Source: Selaginella moellendorffii
Lineage: Eukaryota; Plantae; Lycopodiophyta
Assembly: GCF_000143415.4 (NCBI RefSeq)
Contig: NW_003314268.1
Coordinates: forward strand, 2,248,494 to 2,312,493
Direction of reading: 5' to 3'
Length of the DNA: 64,000 nt
The notes below the pieces were generated by a model. The model was given only the letters and a program-made list of their open reading frames with translations. It searched no databases and had not been told where the DNA came from. Below, in pieces: positions 1-10,401 of the stretch. A program made the position numbers and the translations under genes. Each line of letters begins with the position of its first letter. The first letter of the stretch is position 1.

Positions 1-1750
1 CTCGCAAGGGTTTGGTTCCTGTGTGGCTGGCCTTGGATCATCATTTGCAGTCAAGGTATTTGTAGCAGTTACAACTGCAAAGACCACAACATATATTTGT
101 GAGGAGGGAACTTAAAAAAAAAATGACTTACGTTCACGAACATCCTTCTCCTCGAGTGCTCGGGCCTGTTTTTGATAACTTAGCCAATGTTTGTCAGTAA
201 GATGCTCCATAACATTGTATAAATATATAACTGTTGCCCGATTGCCATTGGCCTTGTTTGCTATAGCTCCCCATGATGTTTGAGGAGGTCAATAGCAAGG
301 CCGGATAGAGCTGAGGCCAAATTTTGTAGACTCGGCATGGGCCTCACCACCATTGGACTGCCTTGCACACCGGACAAATGCTCCTGGGTTGGTCATGGAT
401 GAAGGTTGGATTCCTGAGGCTTGGAGTGATAGTAGAATCGCATGTTGTGCTGTGCCAGGCTGGAAAGGAATATTGGAGTATAAGCCACCCCATATGAGAC
501 ACTCTGGGAGGTCCACTGCCAGCTTGTTAAGTTCCGTCACCTTCACAGATGGCTCTCTTTTCCACCCATATAAGTGTACATGCCAAGTTTTTGGGATTGC
601 AATCCACTTGGTGACAAGAACTGTGGTGAACGGCCGGGGGATCATGGGTGTTATAGACGACATCCCACCAATGACTTTAGATCGACTGCCACGACGTCCA
701 CGACAACAACATAAGGACTGCCAATTGTTATTGGCATAGGTGTGCACTGCAGCCACAAGCAGTGAGAGAGTCTAGCACAGTGAAACAAAAATGAGTTAAA
801 CAAATCCAAAGAAGAAAAAAAAGAAGAGTGCATGGGGTCATGTTATACCTGTGGCTCACATGGCAGCCCGCCTTGAGGGTCAGCTTGAACATATCTGGAT
901 GTCGAAGCTCCACTAGATGATGATGTCGATCCTTGGGAGTAGTTGTGGAATGCTGATGGGGAACTATAAGCTCGTTGGTGTGGAGGCATTGTCAACTCAC
1001 CCTACGCAGAAAAACACATGGAAAAAAAAAATGGGTACAAATGAAAAACTTACCGAGCTAGACCGCTTATTGCTTCAGGAGGTAGATGGCCAGGTACTGG
1101 CACTTGTACCGGTAGATGGAGTTGCGAGAGTAGTAGCGGTTGGTGGAGTTGCGGGGCTGGTAGTAGTGGCACTATATGGGATTCCGTGAGCACGTCCTCT
1201 AGTTGGTGTTGGTGTTGGTGGCAGCGTTCCAGATTGGACAACACCGTGGGCATGAGGTGTCCAGACTTGCTCATTTCGAATGCTCGGGCTGCTACTTTCC
1301 AAGGAAGGTGAGGAGAATAAAACATGCTGGAGGTTCTGCATATGTTGCAATGTATGCAATGTTAGGCGGCGCTCTGCTTGCTCAAATGCAGTCGGGAGCT
1401 GTGGATGGGATGCTGTTGGAGTTGATGTCCCTGCTACGGAGCTTGGAAAATCAAGTGGCTGGCATGTGTCTCGCAGGACTATTGGCTGTACCGATTGCGG
1501 AACATCAAGTGCTTGGCTGCGTGCTCGCGAGGTGTTTCCATAGTGTCTACTGCTGTGGACATGCGGCGTTCTTGCTTCGAGCCTAGAAACCACAAAGGAT
1601 TGGTTATGCAAACCTGATCGAGGAGAAGCTACCCACCATCACAGCTGTGGTGCTCTCGCTTGGGCGGTGGTCTTGCGATCGGGGGAGTGTGCACTAGAAG
1701 CCTTGCCTCCGGTTAGATGACACGAATCGATTGGAAGAACGAACGAACCA
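1..1750 (-). pseudogene. Decayed multi-exon gene (companion ORF of the integrase element), runs off the left edge
   Basis: Canonical short GT-AG introns on the minus strand (about 75-131, 772-848, 1002-1053). Ser/Thr/Pro-rich N-terminal part, then KTWHVHLYGW...LIWGGLYSNIPFQ...AFVRC...GNRATVIYLY. In-frame stops present. Telo-box-like motifs at about 1823-1853 upstream. Confidence 0.4.
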
Positions 1751-1905
1751 TCGACAAAATCATGTCATAAAATGAAATCGCCCCGTATCCAAGGCACAAT
1801 TAATATGGGTGGGACTTGGTGAAAACCCTAATCCCAAACGTGGGAACCCTAAAATTGAACAAATCAAAAATTGAATTTAAATTTGAAATGTACACTAAAG
1901 AACAC

Positions 1906-3680
1906 TCAATTTTCTCCGAGTATGGCCAAGTATAATTTTTCCAAAGCTCGTCGCTTCACTGGTGTTGCTGTAGGCAAGGCACTCTCGATGTACAGTGAAA
2001 GATCTACACCCGCAACATCAGCCATTGCACACTCCATTGTTAGATCCAAATGAAGTAAATATTGCTCGTCTAAGTTGAGTCCCTCCCGATGCATAAAAAA
2101 TGCCTGGTTTCGAACAGTGCCAAGAGCCTATAAGGTAGCCAAACACAACAAAATAGATTTAAAGAAATTGTTGTATTCTTGCTCTAAATATTACCTCTGA
2201 CAAAGTTGCACCTTCGACATTAGAGAGAAATGGTCCGGGAAGGTCTTCAATATCTTTTCCACCAACAGCCGGCATAATCCTATAGAAGCACATTTTATTA
2301 GGAATTCTATAACATTACCAAAATTGTTACCCAAGCTCTCGTTCCATCGGTTGAAATAAGTTTGCAGGAACATGAGATGGTCTGAAGTAATCACCACATC
2401 GATACGGACGGACCTCATGGAGGTTCCAGGTTGCAACCCAGTGTGAAATATCCTTCTTGAGGTACGGAGCAAAGACACAACGTAGACTTTGGTTGTGGCA
2501 TGGATTGGATACATCGAGAATTCCTAGGACTCAAAAAGGTGCTTATAAAACCACACCACGCGCTCAAAGAGCTCTCTCCACAAATGCTCTATGCGCTGTA
2601 AAACAAATTTGATTTAGTCCTATGAGTCCTTATTTGGAAAAACTCTAACGCTATGAGTACCTGGTTACGTGTTGATGTCCCACGTATGAAGCTCCTAGCT
2701 ACAGGACCCCAACAGCGGATCATGTCCCTCTCAACCTCATTGTGCTTTGGAGCATTGTCGCTCCGGATGCGCTTGGGCCTTCCAAATCGACGAATAGCCT
2801 GCGCATATGTGTTAAATATTGTATGGGATTCTTTGGAGGTACATAGAAACCATAGCTTACAAGCTTGCAATATGCTACAATAAACATGTTACCACATGTG
2901 CTGAAAAAAAAGTAGAAAGCATAAGCCTCCTCATTCCTATAAATCCGTCGTCGAATCCTTGTCATGTGCCTCTGTTCCAGCCTATTTGGATCGTGAGTGG
3001 CTAAGGCCTCACAAATTTGGCGTCGGCTAAATCAGTATCCTCCAGTTCGACAGCTAGATCGGGAATTGATAATCCCCCAGTTTGTGCCACCTCGATTCAT
3101 GGCATTGTTAGTTCGAATGTGATGAAGTACCTCTTCGGGTGGTACTCTATAATATACACCTCTCCAATTTGGATCGACAAGCCGCATGTATTTGTACAGT
3201 GTTGGCTTGGAAATTCTAAGATAGCATGCGAGGTAAGCAGTAGTCTTAGTCTCGAGGATCTTCAGGTGCATCCAAGTGCCAAATGCAGCTGGACTACCGA
3301 ATCCCCTCGATTGCAAAAAATTATAGAAGGCCTAGAAACGTGCAAATCATGAATCTAGAAGGCTGGAAACTAAGCAAACCTCTGGGAGAGCATCGTTGTC
3401 ACTATCCATACTGGAACCATAGTCCGAATCACTAAAATTGGATGGAAGGCCATCCACCTCATCTTCCTCCACATCTTCCAGTAAACCTGGAAGAAAAAGT
3501 TTCAGTGACACAAATTTGAAGTAAACTAGGGAGGGAACTATACTCATGGTAGGAACTTGAAAGTCCATAGAGAACAATTGAGTAGTAAATCAAAGCCACT
3601 TCCAACACTGCCCACAAAAACATTTCAAACCACTCACTAACAAACCAAGTTACCTTCCACATCTGCTACCAAAAAACATG
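1906..3680 (-). mobile_element. Degenerate HTH + DDE integrase-core (IS3-like / rva_4-type) transposase gene with introns
   Basis: Stitched minus-strand translation: LACYLRISKPTLYKYM (HTH) ... DPNRLEQRHMTRIRRRIY ... AIRRFGRPKRIRSDNAPKH ... SFIRGTSTRNQ | intron 2596-2660 | RIEHLWRELFERVVWFYKHLFES ... (frameshift) GILDVSNP...LRCVFAPYLKKDISHWVATWNLHEVR. This matches the P.R.RSD.G.E ... G.S.HNQRIERLW ... WN.H motif series. Stops and frameshifts present; 5' boundary approximate. Confidence 0.8.
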
Positions 3681-4489
3681 CCAAATAACAGAGCACTAAA
3701 GCAAGGCGTTAAGGCAAGGAAGTGTCTCCTAAACCCTATGACCTGATGAATCCCCATGTCATGGGGTCAAACTTGATGATATGTGGCATCTATGTGTAAC
3801 ACATTGTTCATATTATGGGGACATCATTGACCCATCAGCCAGCATCCATGGGGCATCCATGAGGCATCCAAATGACATTTAATGCTGAACCAATAGAAAA
3901 CTACCACATGGACACTGTATTGTGAGTGAAATCTACCACAGTAACACTCACCCTTTTATGAATTGCACGCCATATGAGCAAATGCGAAGATGAGTTTGGA
4001 TGGCTGGAACAACTTGCGTGTTTCAGTTTCCCATAGTACAGCTCAACGGACTGATCAATTCAAAGGGTGACATGGTTTGGGGGTTGTACCCAGAACGGTC
4101 GTAATCAGTTTTTTAAGTGTTCTAAGGGGATGGATTCAATTTATTTGCAGTAGACTTACTGCCAAATGTTGAGCCTATTCAAATGGTACTGAAGTATTCA
4201 TTATATATTGTTTACATGACTATGAAGCATTAGACTAAAACTTTAGAAATGCTGTTTTTTAATAAGATTGCGGTGCTCCCACCCAAGTCGTCCATGCATT
4301 CAGGTTCCTTGCTGCTAAGGAGAACATTCTAGTGATGAGGAAATTCCAAAGGCAACACATAAAAGAAGAAAATAAGTTAAACTCACCCAATCACTGGAAT
4401 CACAAGTATTCTTTCTAAATGCTGTATGCTTCAACTTGATGAGATGTTAGAATTGGTGCATTTAACACACTCAAACTTGAAATATGTGG

Positions 4490-5750
4490 TCTACAATTTT
4501 TTATAGTTTTTTAATGGTTTTAATTTGAACCATTTATAAATTAAGGTTTTTTTTTGGGTTAATCAAAATTGCACATTTTTATATTTTATACACTTATATT
4601 TAAAGAAAAATATGATTGTCCTTGAGGTGTGCTTCGATTTCTATTTTTAATTTAAATTTAGCCTTTGATCTCTTTTGCGTTTTTTTCTTTTTGCTTCCTT
4701 TTGCTCATCTTTATAATAAAGTAACATAGTCTTTTATAGTGGCCTCCTCTTCTTTCTATTCTAGAGCAATAATTAGTGCAATTACATATGTTATGCCATT
4801 ACAACTAAACAATTAAAATACATTCATGACATGTGGTGTAACTCTTTGCTTTTATTACTAATCTTTAAGTTTTGGTGGAATTATTTTTGTAAGAATTTTA
4901 GAGATGATATGTATTATTAGTTAATCATTTTATAGTGATTGCCATCTATAATTCTTAGGATGATGCTCAATATCTATGTAAGTTTCCAATATGTCTTCAA
5001 GGTACAACATTATAATTGAGCACAACCACTTATGCAAAATAAATACATTTTCAAATGCACTTTTGGATATACTGATAATTATGACAATGCTTTTTAGCAA
5101 TTAAGGTCTATTTGTGTCAATTATGCAATATAGTATTCATTTCTAAAGTTTTTTATTTAGTGTAGAGCTAAATATGTTAAAATAGATCAAATTAAGTATG
5201 TTCATTAAGATTTTGTAAAACTTATGCATGCATTTGCATTAACAACCCTTCATAATGTTGTTCAATAAGTACAATGCTATTGAAATATTATCTTTCCCAC
5301 TTATAATTATACATATTTTAACTCCACTTCTTGTGTAATATCTGATGAAGGTTTCTTTCCTACAATTAATAAATTTCTTGGATTCATAAGGACAAAGAAT
5401 GTTTATGTTTGCTACAATTTCAATCATTATTATCTATATGGATGAACTGATCTCAGTGAGATATCATATTGGCTTGGTCTTGCAAATACATTACAATAGA
5501 TTATCATGAAAGTTTATTCTGCATCAATAGAATACATGTATTTTTCTCAATTTATCTCTTCGTTATGTCAACACTGTGAAGAATTTTTTTCTAAAGTTAG
5601 GGGGAGAAATCCTAAAACTATCAAAATATTGTTGATGCTCTAATGTATCTTGCAATGGCAAAATCTCACTGTTATTACCAATGTAAGTTGCTTTATGCAA
5701 AACCCAGGAAAGAAGCATGGAATTACATTTGATGGACAATTTCCCTAGCT
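4490..5750 (+). mobile_element. Truncated, highly decayed fragment of the same LTR retrotransposon family as 33181-38118 (LTR end plus 5' internal region)
   Basis: Collinear similarity by eye: 4615 attgtccttgagg vs 33404 attgtccctgagg; 4761 ctagagcaataattagtgca vs 33562 ctagagtaataattggtgca; 4934 agtgattgccat...ggatgatgctcaa vs 33750 agtgattgccat...ggatgatgctcaa. 4545-4600 resembles the LTR 3' end. Confidence 0.7.
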
Positions 5751-6640
5751 AGGCAGCACGAAGGGCAGTGGAACAAGCTCTACACTATGACTGTCACCAC
5801 TTGCCGGGAAGCCAAAAAGGTATACTACCGCACAACAGTGGTGCTTTACGGTGGGGACCAAAGCTGGCCTTTTGCCCATAGAGACCACGGCATGGAGCCG
5901 AACTATCCTCTATCTTCACTGTTTGGACACCCAGCGAGGGGGTGCGGGTGCGTGTGCCGGTTTCCCGGCGCTCACAGCAGACCCAGCGTGAATCGAGTCT
6001 GAAAGACGCAGCAGAGTGTGTTGGTGTGCAGAAGAACCGGTTCCTACGAGGAGGAAAGCTTGCGGACTTGCCATTGAGGACTCCAAACAACTGGATCAAC
6101 AACACGGGACAGGAGGGTGGCACGACGTAGTCAGATGGATGACCAGATTTGGACACAATCTCGACCACTTGCTCAAGAGCTTCAAGGAAAGCACTGACCT
6201 TTAGACACAACCTTGATCGAGTGGATCAACAACAGGAAAGCCAAAACCAAGTACCACTTATACACAGGAGATCAACCCGGACGAGATGTATGGCACAACA
6301 AGAGAACAATTGCATGATACGGAACAGGGAGCCACTCGAATTAGGCACAACCAACCAAAGTTCCATGAAGTATGCACCTCTGCACTGACTGGAACACCCA
6401 ACTACTAGCCGCCCTTGGACTTGCAACACCGCTAGCGGTACCTCACCAACATGGATTGCCGACGACAAACGCACGAGCACAAATCATGGAAGTCTTCATC
6501 ATCAACGAACTCCAGGAGCAACGGAGCACAAGACCCTCCAGGAAACGATGCCAAGACCATGACACAGAGGAGCGGAACCTTTATCAATAACTTAGCTAAC
6601 CACAAGGTCGAAGGTTCAAATGATTATAACTTGTATTAAG
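5750..6640 (+). mobile_element. Possible degenerate non-LTR (LINE) ORF2 3' fragment
   Basis: Purine-rich plus strand with broken frames. WSRTILYLHCLDTQRGGAG loosely recalls the W..LC.P...GG.G motif downstream of LINE RT. No RT motif is visible. Confidence 0.2.
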
Positions 6641-7524
6641 ATTTGGTCACCGACGAAAGCCCACTCGCTTCCTTAGATCCCTTCTCGAGATTTTTCCACA
6701 TCGCTGGCATTCGAGATGATCAGTTGTCCTTGAGCTCCTCCTTGGCTTCGTTGATCGCGGCGTGTAGCTGTTTCCTCCCTCATCCCGCGCGGCCTTGTCA
6801 CTCGCAATCTTCCTTGCATCTCCTGGACGGACTTCTTCGCTTCCTCAATCGCGTCGTCGGGAGACTCTTCCGCCCGAGCTGCGATTCAAATCCTCCAATA
6901 TATGGTCAGATGATCCATCCTAAGCTTGGAGCTCAACCTCACCCTGAGAAACAGAAAGGAGAAATACCGCAAATCCTTGTTCTTGTCAGCACGCCGCGTT
7001 AAGAAATTCCCCATATTTTCCTGAGCTTGCCCTCTGTAGCAATCGTATCAAACTCCCGACTCCTGACCACCAGCATTTTCCTTGGCCACATCAATAGCTT
7101 TAACCCTTGGAACGTTTAAAACCAGTTTACGAGAATATACCGCTATGCTAAAGATTCACTAGCTGATTTCGCTTACATTGTTTTAAATTTCAGATCTAGC
7201 AGCGTCTTTGCGATTGTCGATTAAATACCCGCGGCCGTTTTGACATCATATGTGAAATCATCCTGCGCGGAGGTGCAGCATAGTAGTTTCTGTAGGATTG
7301 AACTTAGATCTAGTTGGAGAAAAGGTGGTGCTGTTCTGCTCGATCCGCGGAGTACGCGAGAGCTTAAATTGAAGCAAAAGATCTGCCTAAAAGATCTCGT
7401 CGCAGAAGAAAAACCTCTCCAGCTCACACGTAAACCCATACTGTTCATATGCTCTGCTCAATATTTCCGAAAGCAATGCTCATTGAAATTTCAGAGAATG
7501 GAAACTTTACATTCTAAGCATCCT

Positions 7525-8824
7525 TCAGTAGGGAGGTGGCGAAGAATAAACCGGCGGTGGAGACGAATAAACCGGCGGCGGCGTCGGGGGCTTGTACACT
7601 GGCGACGGTGACGAGTACACCGGAGGCGGTGACGATTTGTAGACTGGCGATGGCGATGAGTATACCGGCGATGGTGGTGGTGAATAAACTGGCGATGGTG
7701 GCGGCGAATAGACCGGAGACGGGGACGAATATACCGGCGATGGTGGCGATCTGTAAACTGGCGCCGGAGACGAGTACACCGGAGAAGGTGGCGACCTGTA
7801 AACTGGAGATGGAGATGAATATACTGGCGAGGGTGGCGACCTGTAAACTGGGGATGGAGATGAATATACAGGCGAGGGTGGCGACCTGTAAACGGGAGAT
7901 GGAGAAGAATATACTGGCGAGGGTGGCGACCTGTAAACCGGGGATGGAGAAGAATATACTGGCGATGGTGGCGACTTGTAAACTGGAGATGGCGAGGAGT
8001 ATACTGGGGATGGTGGAGACTTGTAAACTGGCGATGGTGATTGATACACTGGAGAGGGACTGTGATATACAGGAGATGGAGAAGAGTAAACTGGAGGTGG
8101 GCTGTGATAAACCGGAGATGGAGAAGTGTAAACCGGAGGTGGGCTGTGATACACAGGCGATGGAGACGAGTAAACCGGAGGTGGGCTGTGATACACGGGT
8201 GATGGAGAGGAATAGACTGGAGGTGGACTGTGGTAAACTGGGGAAGGCGACGGCTTATAAACCGGGGATGGCGAGGAGTAGACCGGAGGAGGGCTGTGAT
8301 AAACTGGGGATGGAGATGGCTTGTAAACCGGGGATGGAGATGGCGAGGGCTTGTAAACCGGGGATGGCGATGAATAAACTGGAGATGGTGGGGGGCTGTG
8401 ATAAACTGGAGATGGCGAGGAATAAACTGGAGGGGGACTATGATAAACTGGAGATGGTGAGGAATAAACTGGAGATGGTGGCGGGCTGTAGACTGGAGAA
8501 GGAGAAGAATAAACTGGAGATGGTGGTGGGCTGTAGACTGGAGAAGGCGACGAATAAACTGGGGATGGAGGAGGCTTGTATACCGGACTGGGGCTTTGAT
8601 AAACCGGGGATGGCGAGGGATAAACCGGGGATGGAGTGTCGTAGTACTGCTCCACCTGGCTCTTCATTAGCTTGCGACCACCTGATCGAAGTCACCGATC
8701 AAAGGAAATCTCGCAAAGATGAAACAAAAAAGGACGAAGGTGCTTCCTTACCATCAGCATTGGCGATCGAAGCGATGAGCGCCACCAAGAGGACGAGCAA
8801 TCCCGCTGCTGCATTGGAAGCCAT
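7525..8824 (-). CDS. Extensin-like hydroxyproline-rich cell wall glycoprotein
   Basis: Signal peptide MASNAAAGLLVLLVALIASIANA, one intron (8682-8751), then GGRKLMKSQVEQYY and about 370 aa of SPSPVY/SPPPVY/PPSPVY repeats with VYK/VYH/VYR. Confidence 0.93.
7530..8635. repeat. Coding minisatellite (21-24 nt units) of the extensin gene
   Basis: Tandem units such as ggcgagggtggcgacctgtaaactgg and gggctgtgataaactgg encoding 7-8 aa repeats. Confidence 0.9.
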
Positions 8825-9683
8825 CGCGCCGGGGCCGATCGATCTAGCAACAAGGAAACAAGCGCAAAGCAATAAGCACACCTCTTGATCAAACAAAGCG
8901 AAGTGCGCTTACGCTCGGCGCCAGAAAGAAGCTCCAATCTGAGAACAAGACGAAGGCATGGCCCAAGTATTTATACGGAGTTTTCGCGCGGAGATTCGCG
9001 GCAGATTCCTCTCTCTCTCTGGCTGGACTTCATCTGGCTACCAACTTCTGAGAAGCGCCATTAAAATCGGCTCTGGAACTTCACAGAGAAATTGGAAGAC
9101 TTTGGAAGCGCAAACTTGTTTTTTTCCTTTGGATCGACGGATGGTCACAGGAAAAACAAAAAAAAACTAGTGAGAAGAATACAATATATAAACACGATGC
9201 ATTTAACGCACGCTCGAAAGACTCCTCGTCCGCCTTTAAATTAGCTTAATTGCTCGGCTGTTATACATCAGAGGGGTGAGTGTAAGTCAGCTCAGCTCAG
9301 AGGATCTAGCGCGGGATATGCTTCGAGTCTGTTTGGAGACCTTCATTGTCATGCGTTTAGCTGAGTTTTTTCGCTCTTCTCTTGTTTTTTGTCGCGCGGA
9401 ATCGACTTGGAGCCACAACAGAGTTTTTACCGCTGCTGCGAGCTTCGACAAGTCGACTCCATCTTATCTCCGTTCTTTCTGGTAATCACTAGGCCTTGAT
9501 CCAAACAGCTCTCGAAGCGATTGATTGATCGAAGTAAGAAAAACTTACCGGGAACCGAGTCTCGAACAAAATCCTTGATCGCTCTCCAAAGAGTTCCTCT
9601 GTCCTACAAGTGAAACGAGTGAATTCTACAAGAAAAAAAAGTGAACTTTGGTGAGGAACTTCAAGTACCGAGGAAGATCTTTG

Positions 9684-10371
9684 TCACAAGTCTTCGTCAC
9701 TTTCCGAAGATGACAAGTACAAGGTCCCGCCTCTGGATCGGTTTGTGTTCTGCTCCAGAGCCGGCAAATCATCCTCTTCGTCACTAGAATTTCCGGAAGC
9801 TGGTTCTACTTGCAGGTCCTTGTTGGTCGAAGCTGGCTGAGAACAACCCTTTGGTTCAGTGAGCTGAAAGCCTTTAGGCCTGGAAAAAAAATTGGTTTTT
9901 GAGCGAGACATCCTGGCAACTTTGATCGAATCACTTACCAGCACCCGGTCTTTTGGAGTTCTTTGACGTGATCCCTGTAAAGAACCTGCGAGATTATTCC
10001 TGTCACTTTGGCATTTGCGTCGAGCAGCTTTTGGCGATCTGCTTCCTCCACTAAAACGTAGTTCCCTAAAGAACAAGCAAAGAATCAAAATGCCGGTCTG
10101 CACATGAATCCTCCAAAGCTTACCTCGTTTAATCCAGAGAGATTTGCTGAACTTGGCAGGAAGCAAGCACAGCGTCCTCTCGAGCTTCTCATCTTCCACC
10201 TACTGTAGCATTAGTGAGCACATCGAGGGAGCGCCTTAAATTCCAAAGTACCTCCACGAGATTAGATCCGCGCAGCGCCACAACGCGCATGATTGACAAG
10301 CCGCTCGCGCGAGGATCGACGCAGCTGCACGAATCCAGCGCCTGCCGCATTCCCCTGCGCCGGCCGCTCAT
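9684..10371 (-). CDS. EIF1AD: eIF1A-domain RNA-binding protein (EIF1AD-like), multi-exon
   Basis: IMRVVALRGSNLVEV...LCLLPAKFSKSLWIKRG (OB fold of eIF1A-like) and acidic tail DDLPALEQNTNR...SESDEDL. Confidence 0.88.
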
Positions 10372-10379
10372 CCTCACTC

Positions 10380-10388
10380 AAACCCTAA
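10380..10388 (+). promoter_or_regulatory. Telo-box AAACCCTAA between divergent start codons
   Basis: Exact AAACCCTAA lying between the EIF1AD ATG (10371) and the SUVR ATG (10390/10402). Confidence 0.6.
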
Positions 10389-10401
10389 AATGGGTTTAGC
10401 G

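Noticed and set aside
6640-7100. Possible minus-strand spliced gene fragment (EEAKKSVQEM, EAKEELKD)
   Set aside because: Frames are interrupted and no family or start can be supported.
7530-8635. Regular repeat array superficially like a CRISPR or satellite
   Set aside because: No unique spacers; the units are codons of a Pro-rich protein in a eukaryotic gene.
7536-8888. 450-aa plus-strand ORF with CKLEM repeats
   Set aside because: Antisense shadow of the extensin repeats; the minus strand has the signal peptide, intron and known motifs.
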